Under the pieces are notes generated by a model, which worked only from the letters and a program-made list of their open reading frames with translations, was not told the origin of the DNA and searched no databases. Made by a program: the position numbers and the translations under genes. Below, piece after piece: positions 36,601 to 50,292 of a stretch of DNA of 64,000 nt. The DNA is from Octopus vulgaris. Lineage: Eukaryota. The DNA lies in the NCBI GenBank assembly GCA_951406725.2, contig OX597819.1:113956001-114020000 (forward strand), written 5' to 3'. Each line of letters opens with the position of its first letter. The stretch's first letter is position 1.

Positions 36601-37050
36601 GTATGTGTGTGTGTGTGCGTGCGCACACACACGTGTACCTGTACGAACCCAAATATCTGGTGTTGCCCAGGTTGAAATTAATTGTTAATGACATTTATGT
36701 TACAACATAATTTATTTAAAGTAAAGATTCTAGACAAATAATAAACTGTATATCAGACTAAGTAACCCACATAACTTTTTCTTCCTACAAAGTTTCTTGG
36801 GATTTCTGTCTCAAACAGCAGATTATGATTCTACAAAAAAAATTAAGCAAATATTTTTGCAAACAGAATGTACTGAATCTCATTTCTCTGTTGAATCCAA
36901 AATTCTAAACCCTAAGCTCTAAAACTTAATCCTGCCCTAAAATACTAATCCATAATCCCTGGCCTTAAATCCTAACTTTATTTTTTTCTAGAATTCATAA
37001 TCTCCTGTATTTTAAACAGAATTCTGAAAAATATTTTCCAAGAAAACAAT

Positions 37051-37490
37051 TCATCATCATTTAACATCCATTGTCCATGCTGGCATGGGTTGAACGCTTT
37101 GACCAGAGCTGGCAATCTGAGGGACTGCACCAGAATCCAGTCTGATTTGGCATGGCTTCTATGGCTGGATGCCCTTCCTAGTGCCAACCACTTTACAGAG
37201 TGTGCTGAGTGCTTTTATGTGGCACTGCATTGGCGCTTTTATAAGCACCGCTACGAGTACAGCCAGGAACCAAATATCTCGGTCCTTAGTCATCTCGCCT
37301 GAAAGGTTCAGCTTCTTGAGATCATTCTTCAGTACTTCATCCCATGCCCTCCTGGGTCTCCCACTTCTACATGTTCCATCCACTTTGAGAAGTTGGCACT
37401 TCTTTATGCAGCTGTCGGCATCCACTCGCATCGCATGACCAAACCAGAGCAGTCTTCTGTCTTACACCAAGAATGAAAATCTTATGGCCA
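37051..37490 (-). mobile_element. 5'-truncated RTE LINE end with family B tail
   Basis: MRVDADSCIKKCQLLKVDGTCRSGRPRRAWDEVLKNDLKKLNLSGEMTKDRDIW, followed by the tail and (GAT)n. Confidence 0.87.
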
Positions 37491-37710
37491 GTTACTTCCT
37501 TCCCAACAGAGAAGAGGAAGAATGGAAACAAAGTGAAATTTTGAAAAATGTTTATATTTGCAAAATACACTTATCTCCAATGTTTAAAACCTAGAAAGCG
37601 AAAAAAAGTCTTTGAAATATACACACCAACTTATGTGAGATACAAAGAATTTTGAGTTCAGAACTCACTGCAGTAGTTGACATTTTCTTTGGGATAGAAA
37701 ATAGCTACTG

Positions 37711-38133
37711 GTAAGGTGGCAAGCTGGCAGAAACGTTAGTATGCTGGGCGAAATGCTTAGCGGTATTTTGTCTGCTGCTCCATTCTGAGTTCAAATTCCA
37801 CCGAGGTCGACTTTGCCTTTCATCCTTTCAGGGTTGATTAAATAAGTACCAGTTACGCACTGGGGTCGATATAATTGACTTAATCCGTTTGTCTATCTTT
37901 GTTTATCCTCTCTGTGTTCAGCCCCTTGTGGGTAGTAAAGAAATAAGTATTTCGTCTGTCTTTACGTTCTGAGTTCAAATTCCACCAAGGTCGACTTTAC
38001 CTTTTATCCTTTCGGGGTTGATAAATTAAGTACCAGTTGTGTACTAGGGTTGATGTAATCGATTTAATCCCTTTGTCTGTCCTTGTTTGTCCCCTCTATG
38101 TTTAGCCCCTTGTGGGCAATAAAGAAATAAGAG
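37711..38133 (+). mobile_element. Dimeric family D SINE (one head, body repeated)
   Basis: The body repeats at about 37765-37946 and 37947-38130; a single 11-bp TSD AATAGCTACTG (37700-37710, 38134-38144) brackets both units. Confidence 0.85.
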
Positions 38134-41100
38134 AATAGCTACTGCAGGCACAATTTCATTTGCTATGCAATTACTGATTCACTACATTAATCTACTGAGG
38201 TTTTACAGACAACACCTAGTATTTCAGTTACTGAATGTGCTTATTGTGTATGTGTGTGTGTGTGTGTGCATGCATGTGTGCGCAAGTGAGAGAGAGAGCT
38301 GTGTGTCAGATGTAGTTATTTGACTTGTAAGTGGGATAGAGCGACTACTACCCAAACCTGAAAATTCAGAATGTGAAGAACTAAAACCACAAAGTATTAC
38401 TGTGTGCATATATGCATGTGTGCTTGTTCATGCACACATATATATACATATAAGGGTAGCTGGTTGAACAACAATCTAGAGCTACTGGGTCTTTACCCAA
38501 CAACTGCCATTTGTCAAACTTTGGTGTTTTCCTATCACCTTCAATACCATATTCCACTCTTGCTTTGAAACATATGCTAAAGTAAGATGCATAGATATAC
38601 ATGTATGTGTATATGTTTATAACATATAAACATACACATGTAGCAGAATCATTTACAGAAAGAGACCAGAGTTAAATACATCAGATTTCACCTTGAAGGC
38701 TATACTTTTGTTACCCAAGAACAAGAGACAGCTACTGAAATACTTCATCAATAAACCTCTTAGCCTCCACATTGTGATACAAAATGAATGTTGATTGCGC
38801 CAGAATGGTAGTTACCACCCACATAATCAATAGTTATCCAATAATGCCTGCAAGGAATAACCTTCTCATGCAACACAAGTGTTTCTAAAACTATCTACAG
38901 TGCTGTCTGCAAGAAGGATTGCTATGATGGCCATACCAAAGCCACAACAGACCAAAATGAATCCACACTTTTAATGAGGAATACTGGGAGAACATTCTGA
39001 TAAAAACAGCAGCAACCTTGTGCAAACACAAAGGGCTTGATATTATTCTATGTTAAAGGAAAAGAATTTATGCACTACTGTAGAGGTCAGCACATGTTCT
39101 TTAACATATTAAATTCAAATTTTGTTGGAGTCAACTTTGCTTTTTATTCTTTCAAGTTTGATGCAGTAACTTCAGTCAAGAACTGGGGTTCAACTTAACT
39201 GTGCACACATCCAATATTTGTAACCTTTGTGCTTCTCAACTATTTCACTTTAAAATAAATTCCAGTAATTTTTGCTTGCTATAGAGAAACCTTTTCACAA
39301 AAATGGTAAAAAATTCATGTGCTTTTTATGAAGGATCCTTCTCAGAAAAGGTTCAATCAACAAGTTTCACAGAAACAAAATAGCTAACTTGATATGATAT
39401 TGGACCACCAGAACCAAATTCTTGGGTTCAAATCCACTACAAGCATTTCTCTATGCATCAGTTACAGTACTTAGTATTGTGGACCAGCAAGGTTGTATTC
39501 GAGCAAGGTCATTGCCAGTGCCACTGGACTGGCTCCTGTGGAGGTGGCACATAAAAAACATCATTTGAGCGTGGCCATTGCCAGTACCGCCTGACTGGCC
39601 CTCATGCTGGTGGTATGGCGTTAGGAAGGGCATCCAGCTGTAGAAACTCTGCAAGATCAGATTGGAGCCTGGTGCAGCCATCTGGTTCACCATTCCTCAG
39701 TCAAATCGTCCAACCTATGCTAGCATGGAAAGCGGACGTTAAATGATGAAACGAGTATTGTAAAACCATCTATCTGCTTGTTTGTATATGTAACTATCTA
39801 CATGAGTAACCATCTAATTATCAATGAAACAATATCTCTCAAGAATCTCCATACACATTACCTTACCTCTATGTCTCAATGTAATGTAGTTTATAGAATA
39901 TCAACCAACCAGAGTCCAACTACAGCAAAGAATTCGTATTTAAACTAAAATTTCAGTCAAAATCGCATTACAACATGAATGATTACACAATTTCAGCTGA
40001 TCATCATCAACATCATAATATACACCAATATATAAATTATAGATATTTTGTCAAACCCTTTCAAAATCTTTATATTAAAAATTAAAACCATGAGCAGTTG
40101 GCTCTTCTTACAAAAATAGAAAATGATCACTAACCTCCCTTACATTTGATATCCCTAAGTAGTATTGGCCCTTTTTACACCTCTTACACACTAAGGTTCC
40201 TTTGTCAGTGAAGGATGCCTGCTGAGAAAGGAGAGTTCATCTAATATACTGCCGTAACATGATAGACTCTCTAAACTATTGTATAGGCAACCTGACAAGA
40301 ACAGCAATTGTGAAACAAAGCAACAGAAGTCCAGAGAGCCCTATGACTTGCAAAAACCAGCTGCTCTATTACAGACCCCAACAATACATTACACACAAAC
40401 TACACTGATGGTAGTTGATATGAAGAGTATTCACCAGTCATGAAATTCAGTTCAATTAATCACAATATTCAACAGATCATCTAACAATATTGAGATCTTG
40501 TCTACTGCAGAGTGGGTGAAGCAATTTGTCAGACATGTGACTAAAGCTATAAAACTGGAACTAAGCACTGGTTCTTAAAAGGCTCTTTGGGGTGAAAAAA
40601 TACATCTGGCAGAGGCCATACCAAGTATTTTACTGGTTTATTTAGCAGGAAGGATAGCACCCATGATCTATAAAGAACTAGAAGTTCAAAACCCCTGAAG
40701 TCATTTCTTTGTTTCAAAGTAGAATGCAATCTTACACTGCTTCAATTTACCAAGCTGTTGAAGAGTATGTACCAGGTCAACTGGGAAATGTTATTTGCAA
40801 CAGATTGGCATTCAATCAAGGGAAAGATATATCTTTCACTACACTGGCTCTTAACAGCACCTTTGGGCTTAAGGGGTATATTTGAATTTTACGAAGAAGT
40901 ATTAATTTTCTTCTATATAGGAATGTGATCAATATTCAAAACCTTGGATCCCATATCCAGCACACCATCAACACTCCAACTACCACCAACCACAAGGCAC
41001 CATCACCCTGTGCTCACTACGTTGATTGAATCAGAAACAAGGAAAGAATTAATCAATCAATGAATAAATAAAGTGAACAAATAATCAAAAAAAATAAAAA

Positions 41101-41449
41101 ATCTAATGATGAAATGATTTACATCTCTGTCAGATAAATCAAAGCAATGCAGTGAGATTTTCCTTCTGGGCTGGATAAAACCATAAAACAGATAGTTTAC
41201 ACACAAGCCTGTTTTATAAATATTCAAATTAACCAAACTTCATTTCAGCTTTACCAACAATGTTTTATTTACTATAACAATAAAACTTTTAAGGCAGTGT
41301 AGCTTCATTGTCTTACAATGTCTTACTGCCCGCAGTGACAGTGGTGATTGTATAGCCAAAAGTCAGCCCTGATCCAACAGTGGGTAGTGGTGATAGTGAT
41401 GGGTAATGGTAGTAGTGGGTAATGGTGGAGGGCAGCAGTGGTGATATTT

Positions 41450-42215
41450 AATTCTTTATTGCCCACAAGGGGCTAAACATAGAGGGGACAAACAAGGACA
41501 GACAAATGGATTAAGTCGATTACATCGACCCCAGTGCGTAACTGGTACTTATTTAATCGACCCCCGAAAGGATGAAAGGCAAAGTTAACCTCGGCAGAAT
41601 TTGAACTCAGAATGTAGCAGCAGACGAAATACCGTTAAGCATTTCGCCTGGCGTGCTAACGATTCTACCAGCTCACCGCCTTATGGATGTCAGTGATGCT
41701 GGTTAGAGGTAAAAGCAGATATGAGTGTAGTAGACCTAGTGCTCTGCAACCTTTTTCCACTTGCGGTACACTCATATTCTTTTCAAAATTTGGCAGCACA
41801 CCTAGCATCATCACATGGCACACCAGTGTGCTGTGACATAGTAGTTGCGGAGCACTGTAGTAGATTGAACAAATATTGAAGATTTACCATACATATATAC
41901 ACATACATGTACATACAACAGTACTGATTAACCCCAATCAATGGTGGTGGTGGTGGTGGTGGTGGTATTATAATTATTATTATTAGTATCATTAAGAAGG
42001 TGGCAAACTGGCAGAATCATTAGCATGCTGGGCAAAATGCTTAGTGGCAGTTCATCCGTCCTCACATTCTGAGTTCAATTTCTGCCATGGTCAACTTTGC
42101 CTTTCATCCTTTTGGGGTTGATAAATTAAGTACCAGTGAAACACTGGGGCCAATGTAATCAACTAGCCCACTCCTCCCAAATTTCAGGCCTTGTGCCTTT
42201 AGCAGACAGGATTAT
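41450..42215. mobile_element. Divergent pair of family D SINEs (about 41450-41683 -, 41997-42215 +) with a hAT MITE between them
   Basis: Same diagnostic domain on opposite strands; MITE at 41736-41857. Confidence 0.8.
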
Positions 42216-44275
42216 TATTATTATTATTATCATTAAGGCAGTGAGCTGGTCATGGGAAAATATTACCTTACTTGAAAAAAGGTGAGGGTTAACAACAGGA
42301 AAGGCATCTGACAATAAAAAATCCACTTCTACAAATACTATCATACTCTTGTGAGCATAGAAAAGTGTACATTAAAACAATGACGATAATGAATTAAGTA
42401 CCAGATTACTTGTGATAGTCTTGTAACCTAACCAGAGTGGGAAGGATGGGATTTACTTTTAAAAGTAAAAATTAATAAAATAGAAACTAGTTTTGTGTGG
42501 CAAAGAAATTTGCTTTGCAACAATATGGTTCTATGTTCAGTCCCAATGCTTGGCACACTGGGGAAAGCCTCTTGCCTTAACAAGTGACTTGTGAGAAAAA
42601 TTTGATAAAAACAGAAACTGTGCTAGTTGTCCATATTAGTTTTCCACTGAATTTTTCTCATGGGCAGGGACAGGACAAGACATCTTGGTGATAGTGCTTT
42701 GTGGATGGCTGATCCTCCTGATGACAACCCCTTCAGATACCACTCATGCTGACATGCAGAGATATAGTGTACCAATTTTAAAATCTGAGATACGCATATT
42801 TAAAAACCAGGATACATAAAGATTTTAAAAACTAGGATATGTATGTGAAAGAGAGACAGACAATGATTTTTTTAATATACATAAATGAAAGCTGCACACA
42901 CCAGCAAGAAAACCAAAGAACGAACATGTTCAAAGTTTGTGTTATTTATTCTGAGTTGAATAGACACTTCCTTATTGCTTTTACCATAAACTAGTATTTG
43001 GTCTGTCAGACACCTATAACCATTGACACTTGTTCACAAAATGTATGATACAAAATGAAAATAAAAATTATAACTACCACTACTCTAACAGCAATTCCAG
43101 TCAACATAAAATTTTACATGATGCAAAGAATTAGAGATAGAGACAGACAGACAGACAGAGAGAAAAGAGCAAAGGAGAGGGAGAGAGACAAAAGAGCAAA
43201 GAAAAGAGATAATTGTTTTTATCTCAGAAATGAGAAGAATATTAAAAATAAAATATTTACTTTTGATAATCAGACTTATCATCTCCAGATAGAAACCTCT
43301 CTTGCAGTTAATTGAGGAAGCCTCATTAAAGTCAGTTAACCTGCTAGATATCACAGCTATATCTCACTAAAATCACATCCTACTGGTTTAAATAAGGGAA
43401 AAGCACATTGAATAATGTAATCCTAGATCTACTAGTCCTGCTGAGAAAAATACATTTGCTCAATCACAGCTAACCTAAAACCAAACAACCACTTCAGCCT
43501 AAATGAATGGCAAGGTACCAAAGATGCTTGTATGCACTGATACAAACCTTACATGAAACAAATACCAAATTACAGTCTACAGTCTTAAAAAAAAAAAACA
43601 GAAAAGGACAATGCAATTCCTGATGTACAAAAAACCTCTCTGAACTAGCTAAATAACAAATTAAAAGTTGTGACTTATAGAAAGCATTGCCAAAAGCTCA
43701 GTATATGCCAGATATATTAATTGGTTGTAATGGTGTTAATATAATGCAGTCTGGCTCAACAAATGAACACATCTACAGTAATTGAGGTCACCAATATGTT
43801 ACTGGTATTCATTTTAGTGTTCTTATAGAATCTTGTCAACAAACCAATTTCAATAAGAATAAAAGGGATAATAATTTTAATAAACAAAAATAACAACTCT
43901 TCAAGTCAACAAGAAAGCATTCATGCAGTCATTTAACAATCTACTAGAAATAGCAGCCAAATCTCTTTCAAATGACATGTTTAACCATTTTGTTACTAGG
44001 GCATGGCTGTGTGGTTAGGAAGCTTGCTTCCCAGCTACATGTTTTCGAGTTCAGTCCCACCACATGGCACTTTGGGCAAATGTCTTCTGCTATAGCCCTG
44101 GGCCGACCGAAGCTTTGTGATTGAATTTGGTAGGTGGAAGTTACTGCCGTGTGTGTATATGTGTGTGTAGGTGCTTGTGCCTCTCCGAGAAAGAGAGAAG
44201 GATTTCTGTTGAAATGCACTGCTTTTGTTTCAGTTGGTTCAAAAAAACTTAGTAAAATAATTTGGTCATCATTAA

Positions 44276-45265
44276 CCCTTTAGCATTTAAACCAGCTATA
44301 TTCAGCCCAACTGTTCTGCCTATTTCATGTTCAAACTAGGCAGACTCAGCCTCTTACACCTACCCAACAATATCATTCTAAAAATAAACAATCATCATCA
44401 TCATCATCATCATCATCGTTTAACGTCCACTTTCCATGCTAGCATGGGTTGGACGATTTGACTGAGATCTGGCAAACCAGATCGCTGCACCAGACTCCAA
44501 TCTGATCTGGCAGAGTTTCTACAGCTGGATGCCCTTCCTAATGCCAACCACTCCGAGAGTGTAGTGAGTGCTTTTATGTGCTACAGGCACAAGGGCCAGT
44601 CCAGCGGTACTGGCAACAGCCACGCTCAAATGGTGCTTTTTATGTGCCACCTGCACAGGAGCCAGTCCAGCGGTACTGGCAATGACCTTGCTCAAATGTT
44701 TTTTCACGTGCCACCAACACAAGTGCCAGGAAGGCGACGCAGGTAACAATCACGCTTGAATGGTTCTTTTTACGTGCCACCGGCATGGAAGCCAGCTTGT
44801 TGCTCTGGTAACAATCACGCTCATATGGTACTCTTAGCGCTCCACTAGCACGGATGCCAGTCATTGAATTTGATTTCGATTTCAATTTCACATCATCAAA
44901 ATTTGAAAGCTGTGAGATAATGCAAGACAAATTCAAAAGAATGTGAATAAATAAGCATTACATTTGACAGAATAACCTGAACACTAAAGAGTTAATCTGG
45001 AGTTTGGAACATAAATTAACATGGAATTTTGATGGAACACTTTAACCCTTTAGTGTTTAAACCGGCCATATCTGGCCCAAATATTCTATATGTTTTATAA
45101 TCAAACTGGGAATATCTAGCCCCTCAAACCTAACTTACATTGACATTCAAAAAATATACAATCACATCATTGAAACCTCAAAGCTATGAGATAGTGCATG
45201 ATAAATTCAAAACAATTTGAGTGAAAAAGTATTACATTTAACAGAGTAATCTGAACACTAAAGGG
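44276..45265. mobile_element. Two same-orientation piggyBac-type MITEs: 44276-44991 (with family B insert at about 44391-44885) and 45046-45265
   Basis: Each is bounded by TTAA and CCCTTTAG-type TIRs. Confidence 0.85.
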
Positions 45266-45889
45266 TTAAAACAATAAATTTATATCATAGAACCAGGGGC
45301 AATCTTAGGCAGGGTGGCATCAAAAGGGTTTAAGAAAAACAGAAAGGACACTTTGAACAGAATGTGTGAATAAAGGACTGGTTATTCATTTTGATTATAA
45401 CTCTGATCTAGGCTGACCTGGATCTAAACAACAGCAACAATACAAAACTTTTTTTCAGTCTTCTTATATTTCACCTTTCACACAAGGTTTTCTTTGTATT
45501 TTAACAACAATTAAAAGAAGGCTTGGAGGGAATTAACAGATGTTATCAAGAATGTGAGAAAACAGATCAATGAGTTAATTGGAAGCCAAGAGGTCAGCAA
45601 TTCATATCCCATCTGGAGCACTGCATTGTGTCTTGTGGCCAAGATACTTAACTCTCAAAGACCAATAAAATTTTCCCCAATAATAATAATCCCTTGTACT
45701 TTAGGCACAAGACTTGAAATTCGCGGGAGGGGGCTAGTGCATTACATTCTACTCCAGAGTGCAATAATAATAATTCTCTCAAACTTTGGCACAAGTTCAG
45801 CAATTTTTCTTCTTTTAGATTACAACAGTCAATAGATTCATGAAATTCAAAGTAGCATTAAGAATACTCATATAATTTAAAATACATAA

Positions 45890-46293
45890 ACTCTTTACTC
45901 TTACACTTGTTTCAGTCATTTGACTGCGGCCATGCTGGAGCACCGCCTTTAGTCGAGCAACTCGACCCCGAGACTTATTCTTTTTGTAAGCCCAGTACTT
46001 ATTCTATCGGTCTCCTTTTGCCGAACTGCTAAGTGACGGGTACGTAAACACACCAGCATTGGTTGTCAAGCAATGCTAGGGGAACAAACACAGACACACA
46101 AACACACACACATATATATATATATATACATATATACGACAGGCTTCTTTCAGTTTCCGTCTACCAAATCCACTCACAAGGCATTGGTCGGCCCGGGGCT
46201 ATAGCAGAAGACACTTGCCCAAGATTCCACGCAGTGGGACTGAACCCGGAACCATGTGGTTGGTTAGCAAGCTACTTACCACACAGCCACTCC
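45890..46293 (-). mobile_element. Full-length SINE family A
   Basis: Reverse-complement match to 14515-14915 and 31300-31689. Confidence 0.88.
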
Positions 46294-46519
46294 TTAACTC
46301 TTGATATATTATTTTTTTTTAATTTGCAAACTTATTTAGGAAGTAACTTGAAGTAGGCTGAAGTAGAAGTGTCATTATCAGTCTCATTTTCTAATTTCAA
46401 TTGTTTTCATTACCTCTCATTGTTCCTCTCTGATCTTAGGACCTCAGTATTACAATAGTATCCATACACATGAAAATATATTATCTCCATTCCAATAAAT
46501 AATTTTTTTAATATTTTTT

Positions 46520-47260
46520 GTGGCTGTGTGGTAAGAGGCTTGCTTCCCAACCACATGGTTCCAGGTTCAGTCCCCTACATGGCACCTTGGGCAAGTGTCT
46601 TCTACTATAGCCTCAGGCCAACCAAAGCCCTGTCAGTGGAATTGGGAGACAGAAACTGACCAGAAACTGCACCAGACTCCAATCTGATCTGGCAGAGTTT
46701 CTACAGCTGGATGCCCTTCCTAATGCCAACCACTCTGAGAGTGTAGTGGGTGTTTTTATGTGCCACCAGCATGAGGGCCAGTCAGGCGGTACAGGCAAAG
46801 GGCACAATCAAATGGTGTTTTTTACATGCCACCTGCACAGGAGCCAGTCAAGTGGCACTGGCAACGACCTCGCTCAAATGTTTTTTCATATATATACGTA
46901 GTGGTTGGCGTTAGGAAGGGCATCCAGCTGTAGAAACACTGCCAGATCTGACTGGCCTGGTGCAGCCTTCGGGCTCCCCAGACCCCAGTTGAACCGTCCA
47001 ACCCATGCTAGCATGGAAAGCGGACGTTAAACGATGATGATGATGATGATGATGTACTTGTATCTCTGTGTTTGTCCTCCCGCCATTGCTTGACAACTGA
47101 TGTTGGTGTGTTTACGTTCCCATAATGTAGCAGTTCGACAAAAGAACCCAATAGAATAAGTACTAGGCTTACAAAGAATAAGTCCTTGGATCGATTTGTT
47201 CAACCAAAGACAGTGCTCCAGCATGGCTGCAGTCAAATGACTGAAACAAATAAACGAAAA
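46520..47260. mobile_element. Family A SINE (+) interrupted by two inverted family B fragments
   Basis: A head 46520-46660, B (-) about 46663-46890, B (+) about 46900-47053, A tail 47055-47260. Confidence 0.78.
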
Positions 47261-47715
47261 TCCTTATAAACATATCTCCCTCAATTTACATGATTTCAAT
47301 TTGCACAGTAAGCTGCAGAACCAATCTACTGTGTAAATGTATATTCACAACTGGTTTAACTGACTTTGTGTATTTCATATCTTTACTTTATTGATCCTGG
47401 ATGGACGACAAAGTTGACCTTGAAAGGATTTGAATGTAGAATGCAACTAAATACAACAAAAGTATTTAATCAGCTAGTTTACCAACTTTACCATTTCCTG
47501 TCAAAGATTATGCTAATAATGTTCTTTATTGAGACCAAAACATGACTCAGAACAAGGATGTACTTGGAAAACTAGTAACAGAACACTAGCAGCATTACCA
47601 CAGCACCCACGGCTATTACAAGTGCTACTAATACCATTACCACATTCACTACTACCACCAAAATCACCACCACTACTACTATACCTAATCCTCAAATACA
47701 TTAAATTTTTGACAA

Positions 47716-48015
47716 TCTTTATATATAAAAGTGAAGTTGTGTGTCTGTCTCCTATGATTTAGATTCCTAACTACTCCCACATTTTGCAGTGCAGCTTAAC
47801 CAAAAGCGGGTATCTTATAGTCGTGATTCATATCGAGCCCTTCTGGGTATTAGCGCGCGTCTACGATGAGTCTACGATTTAAAAAAAAAATTTACCATCA
47901 TTTTTTCCCATTTTTAATGCATTTTTTTGCTATTATATAAGGGAAGTAACTCTCTAAAAATGCTTATATAGTTATTTCCCTTACAAACCCGAGCAACGCC
48001 AGGCGATACTGCTAG
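47716..48015 (+). mobile_element. Non-autonomous Helitron, 300 bp
   Basis: A|TC 5' end (TCTTTATATATAAAAGTG), subterminal cccgagcaacgccaggcg hairpin-like motif, CTAG|T 3' end, no TSD. Confidence 0.85.
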
Positions 48016-48089
48016 TCTATAATATATCTTTTATGGATAATTGAAGAGGAAAGGACAGTACCCATGACCTTTGTAGGTCCGCTAAGAAT

Positions 48090-48700
48090 ACTTAGGAAAT
48101 TCACCTTGAATGCCTCAATAGATATCTGCAGGAAAAACAAGAGTATTCCAGAAGGTTTATGCTCTGGAAAGGAAATTAATTGGTTAATGTAGGAATCTGA
48201 GGGTGAGACACAGTAGGTGTGGTGTAAGAAGAGACAGGTAGAGGTAGTATGCGATTAGCTAGCTCTGAAGAACGAAGGCCATTATATATGTTATAAAATA
48301 GACAAAGAGAGGCGAGAGCACATTTGTGAACCAGAAGTTGATGTGTATTGGAAAGTAAGTCTTTGCTAATCAGTTGGATAGTCTTCTGAATGTGGTCTGC
48401 AACATTTTCCGTTGCAAGTCTTATCTGTGCCCTGGAGATAGTATGATCTTACAGATTTTCTGGCCCAATAGTTTTACCTCAGTTTTGTACATCAGAGAGT
48501 TTCCATGATATTCAGTAATGAGTGAAATCTGCAATATAGTTTTGATTTCTGACTGACGCCAATCCACTTATGCTACTTATGTTTTTGGATATAACAAAAA
48601 AAAAAATTTACAATTTCCTCTTTTTTTTTTACTTAAAAATCTCAGGCTTCTCAATTCTTCAAAAAGATAGGTTTACAATGCATTAAGCAAATATAGCCTG
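48090..48700 (-). mobile_element. Degenerate CR1/L2/Jockey-like LINE 3' remnant
   Basis: ALASLCLFYNIYNGLRSSELANRILP resembles the VASLSIFYRYF..CSSELAxxxP C-terminal region of such LINEs. Confidence 0.45.
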
Positions 48701-49441
48701 CCTACTAAATAAACCAAACACCTATGAAACAAGCTGTTCATCTATATTAATAAAAGTGAAATTCTGTTTGTCTGGGACCCCTATATCTCAGCCTACATTT
48801 GCTCAACATAGACATATTATAGCCCCTTGGAATCAAAATGATCCCAGGATTGAAAATCTGCCCTTCATTTAATTCTTCAACATCCGGCATTGGGATTGCT
48901 ATTTCTAACAGAGAGACCATCAGAGGTACAAGAGTTACCTTCCTTAGCTTTAAGTTTTACTAAGGAATTTAGTGGTTCATCATCATCATTATCAGCATTT
49001 AACATCTGCCTTCCAAGCTGGCATGAGTGGGACAGTTTAACAAGATCCAGCCAGACAGAAGCCTGTACCAGACTTCTGTAACTGTTTTGGCAGGATGGCA
49101 AGGTCAGTTTTGGCGAGATTTTAACAGCTGGATACTCTTCTAAACACCAACCACTTTACAGTGTGGACTGAGTGCTTTTAAGTGGCACCTGCACTGACAG
49201 GATCACCAAGTATTTATCTTTTTCAATCATTAGACAACAGCCTTGAAGAATTTTAATCAAACAATTCGACATCAGTTATTTCTTTTTTATGCCTGGTACT
49301 TTTTTTATGCCTGATACTTTTTTTATTGGCCTCTTTTACCAATCCACTAAGTTATGTGAACGTAAACACAGCAACATCAGTTATCAAGCGGTGGTGGGGG
49401 ACAGACACAAAGTCACAATACATACACACATACATGTGTGA

Positions 49442-49492
<51 letters not shown>

Positions 49493-49494
49493 GA

Positions 49495-49829
49495 GCATCG
49501 CCTTACTGGCACTTGTGCTGGTGGCACGTGAAAAAACATTTGAACGAGGTCATTGCCAGTGCTGCTAGACTGGCTCCTGTGCAGGTGGCACATAAAAAGC
49601 ACCATTTGAGCGTGGCCATTGCCAGTACCGCTGGACTGGCCCTCGTGCCTGTAGCACATAAAAGCACTCACTACACTCTTGGAGTGGTTGGCATTAGGAT
49701 GGGCACCCAGCTGTAGAAACTCTGCCAGATCAGATTGGAGTCTGGTGCAGCCATCTGGATTGCCAGACCTCAGTCAAATCGTCCAACCCATGCTAGCATG
49801 GAAAGCGGATGTTAAACGATGATGATGAT
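49495..49829 (+). mobile_element. RTE 3' tail (family B) inserted in the microsatellite of a family A SINE remnant
   Basis: Tandem gtggcac units, conserved tail and (GAT)n; near reverse complement of 44391-44740. Confidence 0.82.
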
Positions 49830-49834
49830 ATATA

Positions 49835-49867
<33 letters not shown>

Positions 49868-49987
49868 CTTCTATTTAAAATTTTAAAAGAACTCAAAAAG
49901 TTTGTGAAGTTAGAAGTTTTTCATTGAAACTGAATTTAAAGTTATACCATATTGGAAAAGTACCAATAAATGCTTTATTATTATCAC

Positions 49988-50292
49988 CAGGGCTGTGGAG
50001 TTGGAGTCGTGGAGTTGAAGTCAGAATCAGAAACAATTAAGGGGAAACTGGAGTCGGAGTTGGTAAAACTATACTGACTCTGATTTCGACTCACAATGTC
50101 TTTATTCTTTAATATAAATCAGTTATAACATATAGGCCAACTCAATGTACAATAGTATGCATATGCTTTATGAGATACGTAGACCACAATCACTTAATTA
50201 CATAAATAGGAGTCAGAGTCAGAATCGGAGTCGCCAATAGTACAGGAGTCTGAGTCAGAGTCGAAGTTTTTTGTTTCAACTCCACAGCCGTG
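49988..50292. mobile_element. hAT-type MITE with (GGAGTC)n subterminal repeats
   Basis: TIRs CAGGGCTGTGGAGTTG/CAACTCCACAGCCGTG and a perfect 8-bp TSD ATTATCAC (49980-49987, 50293-50300). Confidence 0.9.

Noticed and set aside
36900-36980. Interstitial telomeric repeat
   Set aside because: Only scattered ccctaa-like words, no true tandem array.
38750-40800. Faint Tc1-like (38750-39080) and LINE RT-like (40100-40800) traces; similar traces near 27650-28000, 28500-28900 and 59990-60330
   Set aside because: Too degenerate to assign or bound by eye.
44570-44850. CRISPR-like palindromic repeats with spacers (also 26440-26600, 52435-52580)
   Set aside because: The spacers are homologous to each other, the array sits inside a retroelement UTR, the context is eukaryotic and there are no cas genes.
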